A stretch of DNA of 61,609 bases from Eledone cirrhosa (GCA_964016885.1 CAXHJY010001475.1:1-61609); one strand, 5' to 3'; positions 1 through 14,713 are shown, counted from the stretch's first letter. Numbers and translations are program-made. Notes: generated by a model from the letters alone, not told the origin.

Positions 1-2559
1 AGAAATATATCTATCTATCAATCTATCTATCTTCCTGTTTATAAATATATACAATAGCAAATAAAATTTTGAATCAATAAAATTTTGTTAAATATCATTT
101 ACTTTCTGATCAACAAAGGTGACCACTGGTGTTAACATCAATTGGGATTTTAGCTTGACTTCCAGGTCAGCTCTGACTACAAATGTGTTCCAGTTGTGAA
201 TATCTTGTAATGACTGACTTGAGATGTTTTATATCTAGTTTTGTGTTTCACTTTTATCATTTCAAATCCACTTGAGTGTGAGTGAAGTGGTATGGATTGG
301 GTAGTCTTTGCCTTCTATCCCTCTGGTAAGAAAAAAACGACAATAAAATAAGTATCAGTAATAAACTATAGTTTAGTCACAAAACCAAATAAGCTTATGT
401 GTTGATGAGAACAGAGAATTTTAACATTTCCATTGAAACATTGGCATTTTCTTCTTTGTAGGTTAGTCAACTGACCATGTACATTAAAAGACTTTCCACC
501 TAAAGTAGAAAAATCAGTTGTGTAATTTTAAAGTATAGAATCATAAAATGTAGGTAAGCTGCCAGTCAACTGCTTTTTACCTCTTTCATTACTAACATAT
601 AACACCAATTTTACCATATTTCTAATAAAAGATACTGCCTATAATTTTCAATAATTTGGACTATAATCAAAATGTTTAGGGGTTTAATAAAATTAATAAC
701 CTCATTAGTAAGCTGGTGTTTATAATATAACTTAACAAAGGTTTCCTCTTGCATAGAATTATGATGGAAAGTTTAAAGATAAATTTAAGTACTTTAAAAT
801 AATTGGTTTTGTATCATAGAACTATGGGTGGTTTCAGGTTTGGCATCAAACAGGCTAATCTTGTTTTGATTCTCCATCAAAGATATTTCGTATCACATAA
901 GTTGCTTATTTTTCTTGCAAAACTCCTAAACATCATATCACATCATCTTTCATTTTTTCAGAATAAATGAATATTTTATCTGACAATTTCCTTCAGGATT
1001 CAATCTGCAGCATTCTAAATTATCTTGCCATCCATATTTAAAATGTTACTCTTCTAGACTTTTACGTTTTCATCTCTTTGGGTGAAGAAAATTTAATAAG
1101 ATAAGAATTGGTTATAAACTCAGGTTGAATCAAACTTATAAAAATATAAAGGATCTCTCTCTCTCTCTCCAAAGAAAATCAATATTTATCAGATATTCTA
1201 TTTTATACAATACAATCTTCCTAATTTCTTCCACTGGTGCTGGTGTCATCAACTTCAATTCATTTTTTTTTAATTTATTGTTTAGTCCAGGAAGAAAGGG
1301 GAGTATCTATGACCTTTTACAGAGCATTTAAGACTGGTAGGAGGGAGGATGGTATCCTGGTTTGAATACTTGAAATAGTATAGTGGACTTAGCTGAAGGC
1401 TCTAAAGGGCCAGGTAGCAGTTTTAAACCAGGTGAAAAATTAAGTTTATCACCCAAAATGCTGATACCATCATTTTAATCAGTAAAAAAAGTACAAGGTG
1501 AAATCATTCCTAAAAACCTGCTGCATTCTGTTAAAAGTAACCATGAATAACTTTTCAGTGATGTTGCTTCAAGATTCTCTAAGTTGAAATATTTTGGTAA
1601 ACTATGAGATAAAACTATTTTTAAACAGAAAAAAAGAAAATCAAACAAAAAAATCTACTGAAATTTGTTTAACTTTTAACATCTTATAGTGATTTAGTAT
1701 AAAATCTCTAAAATGGGGTTTGTTAATTCAAATGTTTACAGTACCTTTACTAGTGGACACATTTTTATGAAAATTTGCAGTAAACTAAATTAAAGACTTT
1801 AGTTTTTTATGTCATAAAGCCATAGTGCTGTTTACTGTTTTGTACTTTTCAAGAATGTCTTGCTAATGAGGTTTCATGTGGTACAAGACGTAAAAGTTAA
1901 GGCTTTATTTATCTACTTTTACACAGCTTAAATTTATAATTAACTTCTTTAGCAAAAAAGATAAAGAATAGAATAAAACAAAGATTCATTATGTATTTGA
2001 CTGTATGTGCATTGATGTGGTGGTGTTAATACAAATGAAGAATTCTTGTTTACTTTTTTCATTCAAACTTGTTTTTTATAAAATTGAAACAGAAGAAATT
2101 ACCATATATAGCAAACTGAATGTAGGTAAATATTCTTAACTTGTACTGATCTTAAATGCATTTTCAGCTTTTGGGTGACTTGACAGCTTCTTGCTATTTA
2201 ACTAAGAAACGTGGGAAGTTAAAACAAACACAGCTTGAGCTTCTCTTTCATGCTGGTTCTGGTGTAGAATATTTTATTATTTGAGTTGAAACTGAAGATA
2301 AGATTCATGAAGACATTTATAAAGAATTTGTAGACGCAAGAATATTACCTTATCTGTTATTTTTTAAATATAAATTATTGATTTGTTGACAGTATTTTGT
2401 TTCAATGTTACTGCATATTACAGTGTATATCTATTTATTTAAACAAGCACTGTACCTAATAGATGTAAAGTTCCCGTCTATTATATTTTTGCAACATCCA
2501 CATCCACTGTTAATTAGGTTGCCCAGGTAATGGAAGCTGTCAACTTCTAGTGAACCTTC

Positions 2560-2875
2560 AGAGCACTTGAAACATTTCAATCTGTCAACATGCCTGTGGT
2601 CCCATTGCATCCCTTCTGCACTTACAGTTTACATTGAATTCCTACCTATGCTGTTTTGCATATCAACATGGCAACTTTCCAAATGGCAGTTAAGTTCTAT
2701 ATTTTTCTTGCTAAAACTTTTGTCTTCACTAGGTTTACTTTTAGACCTCTTGATTCTGGATTCTGCTTCCATGTTTGGAACTTTTCCTCTAATTCTTCAA
2801 CTGATTCAGCTATGATAGATATTTTTGACAAATATATTCCCATGAACAGTCAGTTTTAAACCCCTTTGTTATATA
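2560..2875 (-). pseudogene. Degenerate RTE LINE fragment (post-YADD RT region into the zinc finger)
   Basis: Minus strand gives IIAESVEELEEKFQTWKQNPESRGLKVNLVKTKV, matching the intact ORF's ALIAESMVELENKFQTWKQGLERKGLKVNMTKTKV. Confidence 0.85.
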
Positions 2876-3919
2876 AATATTTTAAATATTACAAGAAATT
2901 GTGTCATAGTTTGAGAATAGTTTACTAAACAAGAAAGGACTGAGAATCAAGCTCTGATGGACACCTATTTGCAAAACAAAACCACCCATTTTAAAGGGTT
3001 CTTATTTCAATTTGAATTTCCCAACATAATTTTATACAAAGGCTTCTATATAAGTTACTGTCTTAATAATGAAATAATTAATAATTTTAATAAATTCCTC
3101 AAAATTCTTCATTGATTAATCTAGAATGAATTTCATTATAAATATGGTAACGAAAGGGTTAAGTTGAAAGAGTCTATTTTGGTTTAAAAAATCCCAGTTA
3201 TATATTAAACTTGCTCCCATTGGAAACTGACTGCATTGTGAATGACCAACCATTTGCACACAAAATACTACATAACTCAATTGACCTTTCCTTTCTGGCT
3301 ACTTTACATGTAAAGCTACTTTAAATAACATGTACCTATAGCATGTTTACAAATACAAATAGATGTGTCCACTAACATATTCCAATCCTGTTTATAATTG
3401 CTTTACTGACTCTAAATGTCTCAGCTTTTGTTTCTGGAGTAAAATGCCCTGAGTTCAAATCCTGCTGAGGTCAATTTTGACATTCATCCCTTTTGGGGTC
3501 AATAAATAAAGTACTTGTCCAGGAGTGGTAGATTGGCAGAATTGTTAAAGAGTGGAACAGGGTGCTTTGCAGTATCTGATCTAGCTCTGTGCAGTCTGAG
3601 TCAAAAATCCCACTTCCTTCTGCAACTGGCAGATAGTATCAGCAATGGAAAGACCAGTGGAAACATTGTTTTCTTGGCCCAGTCTGAAGATTAGTTCCTT
3701 TCCTTTTTAGAAAAATATGAAAGTCATTGCCTTTGGCTGGTGAAGGTTTTAATAATAGCAAAATGTCAGACAATAAAATGAAAGTGAATGTAATTGAAAG
3801 AAAATCGAAATGAAATGAACTTGTCTTGTTGTAAAAGCTCGCTTTTTAAATTTTCTTTTGTCACCAAACTGAAAGATTCTTCGAGATGAATTGGCTGAGT
3901 CATTAAAGTGTTGGATTAA

Positions 3920-4140
3920 CCCTTTAGCATTTAAACTGGCCGTATCCAGCCAGAATTCTCTCACCTCTTTCTGTTCAAACTGGCTGTAGCTGGTCACTCA
4001 TACTGATGTTAATGTATTGTTCTCAAAATAAATAATATCAACACCTCATAGATTCTATATTATGTGAGATAATTATGTAAGATAAAGCCTTTACCATGAA
4101 AATATAATAGTAAATATAGAGTAATGTAAATGCTAAAGGG
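3920..4140. mobile_element. piggyBac-type MITE
   Basis: TTAA|ccctttagcattta ... taaatgctaaaggg|TTAA: 14-bp perfect TIRs with TTAA target duplication. Confidence 0.85.
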
Positions 4141-4214
4141 TTAAATGTCTTGGTATTTGGTTTTTCCACTTACACTTTAATTTTATTGTCTGTAAATACT
4201 GGGGCTTGTCCGGC

Positions 4215-4410
4215 TGCTTCCTCTTTGTATTGGTTGCCGTCGAGACCTCAGGTGTCCTTATACCCCATACAGCCAAGCTCCTCCATAAAATTGGAATGAC
4301 AGCAGCCTGTCTGAGGAAGCCTTATGAGGTGGGGTGGTTGCTGCAGCGTGTGTCACTGGCCATTGTCCACGGAAATGACATTGCAATTTTGTCCACATTG
4401 CACAGCTGAA
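4215..4410 (+). pseudogene. Degenerate 3' end of a CRE-like RLE non-LTR element
   Basis: FVLVAVETSGV...GWLLQRVSLAIVHGNDIAIL parallels the better-preserved copy at 6660-7260 (FQPVVFETFG...WLFQRLSLAITRGNAASV). Confidence 0.7.
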
Positions 4411-4642
4411 ACCCTGCTCTGACTGAGGTGTAGAGCCTGTCACCCTTTCCCCTTTCTTTCTTCTGTGACCTAATAGTCATTGCTCTTCCCCTCGTTTTCC
4501 TCTTCCCATTTATGGAATTTATAGTCCTTTCTTTTACTTTTCTATTCAGTCAGATTTAATTATATAATAAACAACACAATATAATAATTCCATTTCTTGA
4601 AACCTTTGGTAATGGTATAATTATATTGTGTTGTTAATTATG

Positions 4643-4740
<98 letters not shown>

Positions 4741-4930
4741 CAAGACCCCGATGGCAGAGCTCAAGCCTTTTCGACTGCTATTTCTGGAATCAGTCCAGAA
4801 ATAGCCGTCGAAACGGCTTGTGCTCTGCCGTTGAAGTTTGAAATTTTTCCTATTACCCACTCTACTGCCCTAAGTATTGAGTACTCTGGTAGCGTTATGG
4901 TCCATCTGGTTCCTTACCACACTTCCTTCG

Positions 4931-5004
<74 letters not shown>

Positions 5005-5171
5005 ACGTATATACATATATGTGTACAGACGCACAGTAGTATGTATATATATATACATACATGCACACATATATATGTACGTATGGGTTTACCGAACATT
5101 TATTATAATGCTCGGTTTGTTTGGTATCAGCCGTACTAAGAGTGAGAAATGAAATTTCGTTTAATTCTTTT

Positions 5172-5209
<38 letters not shown>

Positions 5210-6659
5210 GTATAGCAATGTATATATACGTATATATATATATATAGCTATCTGTATGTGTATATATATATATATAGATAGAGAGCGCGAGAGAGCGATG
5301 TATTCACTGAATTTTTAATCGTTCATGTGCGTACATGAATGGTGAAAACACTGTCTCACGCTCATGAACTCAGTCACATTACTTCACGTTCTCACTTTCT
5401 CCCGTGTCTGTCATTTTGTTTCGCTTTCTCATTCATCTTTTAAAATTTCTTTATTTCTCCTTCCCGCTTTTCTATTTTATTTTTTTCTAGCTCTTTTCTT
5501 TCTCCCTCTCTCTCACACACACTTTTATAATTTACTCCCTTTCACTATTTCTTTCTCTTTCTCCTCTCATAATAACACAAACACACACGCACATACTCCT
5601 CCCTCTTATCTTCACCTCATCCTTCTCTCTTTCTAGCTACCTTTAACGTTTTATTTTATTTGTCATTCACGCTTTCAAGAATTAATGTAAATATAGGTTC
5701 TCTATTATGAGTGTGAATTATGTTAAGTTGGGCGGAGCATATAGCTGTATGTATATCGATTAATCGTAGCAGCAAGAACAGACTTTTTTTTCTCCATATA
5801 TGGGCATTTGAACCTTATAAGGCTGTTCTTACACACAAACAATTGTTTTTACTCACATGTAGTACCTAGGACCGGGCTATTTATTTTGTTAGTGTTGTGT
5901 CAGTGGGTTTTTCCAGTTCTTTGTTCTTTTTTTCATTCGTTTGCTGAATGGGTGTTACGCAACCACGTATATCTAACTATATATACATAAATGAAGTAAT
6001 TCTGTCGGAAAGGTACGGGAAAAAAGAGTGCTCTATGTAGGTTACAAGAAAAAAGAGTGCTCTATGTAGGTTACAGAGCTTATTAAATCCACATTTAATA
6101 AAAACACCATGTTTTATTCATTCGGACGACTGAAAGCAGATATATCTGCTTTCAAGAAACCACTGGTAAATAAAATAATTATCTTATGTTGTTTATTATA
6201 TAACTATATATACATATACTATACAGTGAGTGTCTTGGCTTGTTTCAAAAATTATTAAAGGGAAGCTCCAGCTGTTGTGGTGTGTAATTCAAGGTGCTTG
6301 TCTTCTTCCGTCTTTTTATTTTCTCTTTTTTGTTTATTTTTTCCTTTTTCCTTTTCTCTCATTACTTTGTTTCTGAACATGTTTGTCAACATATAATTCG
6401 ATATATCGAAATAAACGATGTATATGAAATTACATAATAGCAAAGTCATATTTTCCCCCAAATAAATATGCTGACAATATAGGTAGCTTGAAATTGCAAA
6501 TACAAATGCCATAGCTGTCAAAATTCAACACATACACAGATATATCTCCATTATTTAATTATATATATATTTCAATGTTAATTTAGAATCAAAATGCACG
6601 AAAATATTAAGTCAACACTAAGTGTGTCAATCGGTCCTAATACTCTAATACTTTTTGAG

Positions 6660-7260
6660 ACGAACCACACACTGGCAGCGTTACCGCGGGTGATAGCGAG
6701 GCTAAGGCGCTGGAACAACCAAGCAACCCTCGCGGGCATCACCTGATACATCGGTAAGGCGAGCCACCAACGATGACAAAAACTTGTTGTCAGCGGCCCA
6801 GCTCCTCCAAACGTCTCAAACACCACAGGTTGGAAAAAATAGTTTGTCGACAATTCCCAGTATTTAAATTTTTTTCTATTCCATTCGGCTACGGAAGCAG
6901 TGACCCTCACATTTATCGCACTATCCAAGATTTGCGAAAGAGTGAAAGAGTCACTGACTGTGACATCCTAAATGAGACATCTACCTCATACTGAGGGACA
7001 AAGGGTAAGACTATCTGATCTCTTCCCATCAATTCTGGACAATCCAGCCGGCACCAGAATTGAGCGGATATTTACCAGAGTCAGGGCCCGCTTAATAATT
7101 AAATTTAGCTCGGTATGGCGAGCAAAATTACCAGCATTCAGGCGGCACGACAAACTATAGAGGTCTGTGGAGTCAAAAGGACATTTTAGTCCCCACAGAC
7201 ATGCATATCAGAGATCACCTTCTGGCGATTTAAGTAGCACCATGTCATTTGCAAATTTCA
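6660..7260 (-). pseudogene. CRE-clade-like non-LTR retrotransposon 3' fragment (zinc knuckle + restriction-like endonuclease)
   Basis: Minus-strand translation LSCRR..AGNFARHTELNLIIKRALTLVNIRSILVPAGLSRIDGKRSDSLT...VVFETFG...WLFQRLSLAITRGNAASV is the typical CRE RLE C-terminus; frameshifted. Confidence 0.8.
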
Positions 7261-7289
7261 GCCGACTGATCGTACACTCGCTGGTCTTG

Positions 7290-7610
7290 ATACCTCTTCC
7301 AGCCTGGTTGCGTATATCAATTCTCTTCACGAAGATTGTGAACAGGTGAGGTGATACCTTTGGCGAAGTTAGTCACCCACATTGAATAGCTTCGACTTAG
7401 AATAATTCATCCAAACATAAATACTAGGGTATTCGTATAGGGATTTCCGGGCAGCAAGAAGCTGTCCATTGATCCTATACTCTTGCAGAACCTTCCACAA
7501 CAGGTCCCGTGGAACGCAGTCATGTCTTTTCGAGGTCCACGAAACACGCATACATCTTTTGGCAATACTCACACGGTTGCACACAGAGTGAATATTTGAG
7601 AGTCAAAAAT
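7290..7610 (-). pseudogene. RT fragment of a second RTE-like family
   Basis: VDLEK..DCVPRDLLWKVLQEYRINGQLLAARKSLY resembles the RT segment DLEKAYDRVPR..LW..L..YG....L..AIKSLY. Confidence 0.7.
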
Positions 7611-8480
7611 GGGTCGTTTTTATTACCCAAAAGATGCGAAAAGCAAACTTCTTAGACGATTTTTTTCTGTTTTTCGATCAATTTGTCTCACTCACTTTTC
7701 AAGCTTCTTCGACTCAAATGTTCAGAAATTGTTCCAATGCTTACATCTAGCTCTTCTGTAAGATATCAAACAATTGTGTGTTGGAATTTTTTAAACTAAT
7801 GTTGCACTGTACATTCATTAACACTACATTGGCCTCAAATTTCATTGATGTTTCTACCCATTTGTGCAGCACTACGGCCGAGTTTAAACTTATAGAAATA
7901 AATTTGGCGAAAATCTTATTTTGGCATTTTAATTTCAAAGATCTGAAATAGATTCTAATGAAAGAAATAAAATAGAATAAGCTTTAAAATGATAAAAAAA
8001 TTTGATTGATCCTTGATATCAGGAAGGCATTTGAGGCTTGGGAGCCGGAAGTGCAGATGAGGTCTTGCTAGAAGTGAGGAACCAATGACGCCCCATCGGA
8101 AGTGTAGGCTGAAAGGGGACGCTAGGAACGAGTTTGGGGACTGTCTCTCTCCTTCTTGAGCCATATTTAGCGGCAAAGTGTAGACGTTCTATATTGATTG
8201 GTGCGAATGAGTGTGTGAATTTGGTTATGCTCTCTGGCCAAACGCGAAACAAGTCAGCATCTCACAGGGAGATTTAGTCCGGACACGTGTGAAAACGCAA
8301 AGGTAGATTCCTTCACTTCTTTCGATACCTCACTAAATGGTTAAAAAAAAAGAAAAAAACACCATAAAAACCTGCCGATGATAGAAGTAAAGAGAAACAA
8401 GAAATCGGCAAAATTTTGCTCTCTAGCCAATTCCCTATAACTCGCTTTAGATGTCTTTAGTAGTATCTAAACAAACTGGT

Positions 8481-8772
8481 CAGGCCGGTCGCCAGGTTTT
8501 GCTGTTCGGGGTGGCACTCTAATTCTCTAAGGAATTTTTTGACCAGCTTCTTTGGTTAATTTTTTGCTTGTATTTTTAAAAATTATTTTTTGTAGTTTAT
8601 TCTTGTTTTGAGAGAAAAAAGTTAATCAAGACGTAAAAGAACATATTTCAGAACGTTTAAAACATTTTTCTTTCATAAACTTCATTTGCTAAATCTGAGG
8701 GTGTACCATTGAAAAGTATAATATAATATATTGCCGTATAATATCCCCCACTCTTCTCTGGCGACGGTCATG
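8481..8772. mobile_element. hAT-type MITE
   Basis: Imperfect TIRs caggccggtcgccag / ctggcgacggtcatg, flanked by a near-identical 8-bp duplication aaactggt / aaattggt. Confidence 0.7.
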
Positions 8773-9486
8773 AAATTGGTCAATGGAAATAGTGCCAAGT
8801 ATCCAGATTTACGTACGGCACACCCATCTGCGAATCTCAACTAGCCGTTTGACCAACTTGCCTACGTGCTATATGTCTACTCTATCAAGGATGACATAGA
8901 GCTACGCAACGACAACAGCACGTTTTGACCAAGCTGTGTTGTTTAGCTGCATCGAACAGTAGCACAACTATATTTAGAAATAAAAACAGAGTGAGGGAAA
9001 AAGATAACGTTGAGGGAAGTTAGTGAATGAATTGATGAACGAATGAATGAATGGACAGATAGATGAACGACAGGGTGGATGGGTGGATCAATTGGAGGTT
9101 GAATGAAATAAACTACTAAGACGAGAGAGAGAAAGCAAATATATTGAGATAGTGTTGGAAAGATATTAAAATAAAGATATTTGAGATGGAGTAATGAAAG
9201 AAATTGGAAGAAAGAGAGAGATTGTATGAAAGAGAAAGGTACTGAGAAGATATAGAATATTAAAGAGGAAAGTATAGGAATACAAAAGAGAGACGAGAAA
9301 AATAAAAATCAGAGTAACATATATATAAAGTGTGAGAGAGAGAATGTGTGTGTGGAACGCAGAATTAGAGAATGGACGAGAAAGATGATGGAAGACATGT
9401 GTATACGATATATTAACAAATGGAAACTATATTTATAAAACCATATTTATTTCATTTTACATATTTTCAAGGACACCAAGTTAAAT

Positions 9487-9945
9487 CGAATCGTGGTCTT
9501 GGCTACAGAGCCGACGAAGGCGGAGGAACTGGAAGTAGAGTATGGAGAGTTTGGTGTGGGTTGGATGAGAAGAGGTGAAGTCGAGGTAAGAGTAGGAGTT
9601 AGTAGGTTTATAGAATATATATAGTTGTCCCCTGGGGGATTACGTTCCTAGAGCACCCGCGAAGAGCGAAAAACCGCGAATATTGGACGTGGTCCATAAA
9701 AATGCCAATAAACGTTAAAACATAATGTAAAATATAGGCCGGCAAATACGGTATATTGTTACTAATAATTTAGCGTTAAAAAGCGGGAAAAAATATATAT
9801 GACCACGGAAAAAGACAAAAATCGCGGAAGATATTTACGATTCTGCGAATATGTGGTGATTTCCACGAACAATTATTAGTTAGGTTCTAAGGAAAATTCC
9901 GCGAATAACCGGGACCGCGAATGCTGGGGTACACTATATATATAT
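9487..9945. repeat. Left arm of a ~450-bp inverted duplication (partner 12975-13434); includes a pogo/Tigger-like MITE at ~9622-9935
   Basis: Near-exact reverse complement of 12975-13434. MITE terminus ccgcgaatgctggggtacacta lies in a TA run. Confidence 0.85.
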
Positions 9946-10471
9946 ATATATAGTTATGTAATAAACAACATAAGGCAATTATTTCATTTACCAGTGGTTC
10001 TTAAAAGCAAACAAATTTTGCTTTCAATCATCAGAATGAAAAAATCCTGGTGTATTTATTGACATTGGATTTTAAAACAAAAATATAATCTATATGAAAG
10101 TGAGGCTGGAAAAGGAAGAAGGAAAGGAAAAATAAACACACATGCACACACACACAATTACATACACACATATATATATACACACACATATACGCACACA
10201 CATAAACACACACATATATATATATGTATATATACAATATTAAATAAATGGAAACTATATTTATAAAACCATATCTATTTCATCATATATATTTCAGGGA
10301 TATCATATATATATATATCATATATATATATGATGAAATAGATATGGTTTTATAAATATAGTTTCCATTTATTTAATATTGTAAATATACTCCAAATATT
10401 TGTCGAGTGCTTTTATATCAGTTATAAATATTTACTAGTTGTAACCCAACAATTTTAAATATAACTTTTCA

Positions 10472-10517
<46 letters not shown>

Positions 10518-10823
10518 CACATACACATACATATACATATACACACATATATATCAACATATCCATACATACACATACACACAAATACACAACACGCACA
10601 CACACACACATGCATATATATATATATTGTTATACTTTGGGAGGGTCATGTTGCCAATAAGAAACACACGCACCAGTTGTTTCACTTCAATTTATTATAA
10701 TAAATTTATAAATTTAGGAATGCGTGCGATTCTTATTGGCAACATGACCCTTCCAAAGAATAACAATATCGGTTTCAACACACGTTTTCAGATAAAGAAT
10801 CTTGCTAAACAAAATCAGAAACG

Positions 10824-10886
<63 letters not shown>

Positions 10887-11419
10887 CATACAAACAATCA
10901 TATATATATACACACACGTACATACACACACATACATACACACATATATACACGCATACATACGCATGCACAAATATAGATATATGTACACACACCTACA
11001 TATGCACACGCACAAATAATTATAAGAAAAAATATAATAATAAAAATACCGTCACATAAGAATAACTGAATATAAAAATTATTATAAAGTTGACAGCGAT
11101 ACAGGCAACAAATAAATGAACAAACAAACGTGGTAAGCAATACACACAATTGCACATACACATACATACGTAAAAATAAATACATACATACACACACATA
11201 TACATATACATATACATACATGTACACATATACATACACACATATATACATATATATATATCGCTCATTTCGAATTTTGTTTATCGTGAACTCGTGCGCC
11301 GATTTTTCGATACTCGATTATTCTACTATACACAAACACATACATACAAATACATATGCACACATGTATGTGTGTAAAACTCATTCTTAGATGTATTCAT
11401 ATGAACCTTGTTTAACTCT

Positions 11420-11462
<43 letters not shown>

Positions 11463-11484
11463 GTATATATATATATATATACAT

Positions 11485-11517
<33 letters not shown>

Positions 11518-11970
11518 CACATACACACACATACATACACACACACACACATATATATATAAGAAAATACATAAATATTATATATATATAAAAATAAAAA
11601 GTTGGGAATACGACAAATAATAAATAAATAAATAATTAGAAAAGGGTATAAATGTTTATAGCTGATTTAGAGCACTCAACAAATTCCTGGAGCAAATGAT
11701 CAATGAAGATAAGCATTAAATCACTGTATATAATTATGCATATACATACATACATATACATAATTATATATATACACACACACACACAACCATACAAATA
11801 CACACACATATACATACACATACATACATATACGTATATATATACACATATAGGGAAAAGTATGACCCCACGACAGAGCTCAAGCCGTTTCTGAGGCTAT
11901 TATATATATATACACACAAAAACAAATATATAAAAATACAAACACACAAATAAACACACGTACACACACA

Positions 11971-12003
<33 letters not shown>

Positions 12004-12094
12004 AATACAACAGAAGCATATAAAATACAATTATATACACACATACATATACATACAGATATATAAACATACATACACACATACATATCCATAC

Positions 12095-12139
<45 letters not shown>

Positions 12140-12239
12140 AACCAGTAAGACCCCGACAGCTGAGCTCAAGCCGTTTCGACGGCTAATTCTGGACTGTGGT
12201 GCGTTATGGTCCACCTGGTTCCCTACCACATTTCCTTCG

Positions 12240-12284
<45 letters not shown>

Positions 12285-12974
12285 TATGCGCAACACACAC
12301 ACACACACAGAAATATCTAAAAATAAAAAAAGGTGGGTATGTGAAGGGTAAGGTAGAAAGTAGGGGGGGGGGATAAGGAAAATAAATGACATAGGAAAAG
12401 GTTTAAATATAAGGGGAGATAAGGGAGAAAAAGAATATAAGAGTACAGAAAGTGAATTCAGAAGGTAAAAAAACCGTAGTGGATGTAAGGCATAGAGAGC
12501 AGAGAAGAAGTTCAAGGTGGTTGAGTTATCGTAGGAATGTCAATCCAGTTACAGATCAGATGTGATTTCAGGTGAGGACAACATCTGAAGATCTCGGTCT
12601 TGGAGTTCAGGCAAGTTGAAGTGGCTTTCATTTGCGACCATTTCAATGCGACATTTGCGACATTTCAATGCGACCATTTCTGTTGGAAGCTCCCAGGAGC
12701 TTCCAACAGAAATGGTCGCATTCTTTAAGGGTATGTCAATATTTATTTATAAAACTGCTCTATATTATATTTTATCTGATGAAAGCACACCATAATTTAA
12801 CTTGGTGTCCTTGAAATATGTATAATGAAATAAATATGGTTTTATAAATATAGTTTCCATTTGTTAATATATCGTATTTTTACTCCAGTAATTTGTTGAG
12901 TGCTTTATATCAGTTATAAAAATATTTGCTTGTTGTATCCCAACAATTTAAATAGAACTTCTACATATACATAT

Positions 12975-13434
12975 ATATATATAGTGTACCCCAGCATTCG
13001 CGGTCCCGATTATTCACGGAATTTTCCTTAGAACCTAACTAATAATTGTTCGTGGAAATCACCACATATTCGCAGAATCGTAAATATCTTCCGCGATTTT
13101 TGTCTTTTTCCGTGGTCATATATATTTTCTCCCGCTTTTTAACGCTAAATTATTAGTAACAATATACCGTATTTGCCGGCCTATATTTTACATTATGTTT
13201 TAACGTTTATTGGCATTTTTATGGACCACGTCCAATAGTCGCGGTTTTTCGCTCTTCGCGGGTGCTCTAGGAACGTAATCCCCCAGGGGACAACTATATA
13301 TATTCTATAAACCTACTAACTCCTACTCTTACCTCGACTTCACCTCTTCTCATCCAACCCACACCAAACTCTCCATACTCTACTTCCAGTTCCTCCGCCT
13401 TCGTCGGCTCTGTAGCCAAGACCACGATTCGATT
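12975..13434. repeat. Right arm of the inverted duplication
   Basis: tagtgtaccccagcattcgcgg ... gccaagaccacgattcgattt is the reverse complement of 9487-9945 with few substitutions. Confidence 0.85.
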
Positions 13435-14514
13435 TCGGAAACACATTCCCTTCACATGGCTTCCTGCTTCATCCAGCGTGGATATCACCCCCACCCTGAT
13501 CCAATCTGCTCTCACCGCCCGTGAAACCGACTGTACCACAGCCCTCTCACACTACCAGCGCCCTCCCAACACCCGCCTTTCTTTCCCTCCCAACACCCAC
13601 AATCCTTTCCCTCCCACCAACCACCCCAAACCCAACGACACCGGCGACATATTATCCGTTTCTTCCGCACATTCTCTTCCGACTTCGTCATTTCTCGCCT
13701 TTTTCCTATCACCGCGTTTAAGCGAGCCCCTAATCTCCTCGACCTCCTGGTACGCAGTTCCTTCTCGTCCTCTCCTACGATTCCACTCGGCTCTCGTCCT
13801 TGTTCACGTCCCCGCTGTATACCTGTCCTTTCATTTCCATCCTCACCACTCTCACAGGCACCAACGATTTATTCCGTATCCGCCACTCCTTCACCTGCAT
13901 CTCCACCCACGTTGTCTATGCCCTCCGGGACTGAACAGAGTCTGATTTTCCGCCTTGGGTCCTGTTTCCCTCACGGACTCAACTCCCCTTCATAACTTCT
14001 TTAATATTACACATATACGTTGTGCTTACTTCTCTACCCTTTTCTCCCGTCACATTTTCACACACACTCTTGTACATTTACCCTAGATTCCTATAGCTCT
14101 CTTATGGTCAGAAACATACACTCTTACAGCTGATACAGACCAAAAATACGCACACACTCCTCTACTTTTCCCTTCACAACTCTGTACACACACACACACT
14201 TATATATACACATACTTTTGCTCACAGCTTCGTACTTACAAGCACACACACACACATTCTTCTACTTACTTATACACACACATATCCTCTTAGCTGCGTA
14301 CGGACGTGCACACAAAACGTTTTCTTTTTCCATTTCCGATGGACGCACCCCATCATCCACTTTTCTAAAAAAAAGTATATCATTCTCAAAATGCCTGCAC
14401 CAACAGTTTTCCGAGAGATGGCAACATGAACGGACTTGTTATATTTCTCTAAAAAACATTTTTTTTCCGATTCCACCCTCCCCGTCCCTTCAACCTTTCT
14501 AATTTCTCGTTCTT

Positions 14515-14550
14515 TCTTCTGATGAAGGACTTGCGTCCGAAATGTTAAGA
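14515..14550 (+). ncRNA. Minimal type I hammerhead ribozyme (Penelope-like element associated), slightly degenerate
   Basis: UCUU CUGAUGA A GGAC-uugc-GUCC GAAA UGUU AAGA. Stem I UCUU/AAGA, stem II 4 bp, stem III AUGU (likely decayed ACGU palindrome). Confidence 0.7.
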
Positions 14551-14671
14551 CCCTCTTCGTGCTATTTCAAGCGTTAAACTAATATATTCCTTCCACATAC
14601 TGCACCGATTGTGTTGTTATTTCTGTTTACCTTTTGCATTATATATATATATATTGTTATACTTGGGGATG

Positions 14672-14713
<42 letters not shown>

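Noticed and set aside
7620-8330. Possible decayed DNA transposase
   Set aside because: Vaguely coding-like on the minus strand but no diagnostic motif I can name.
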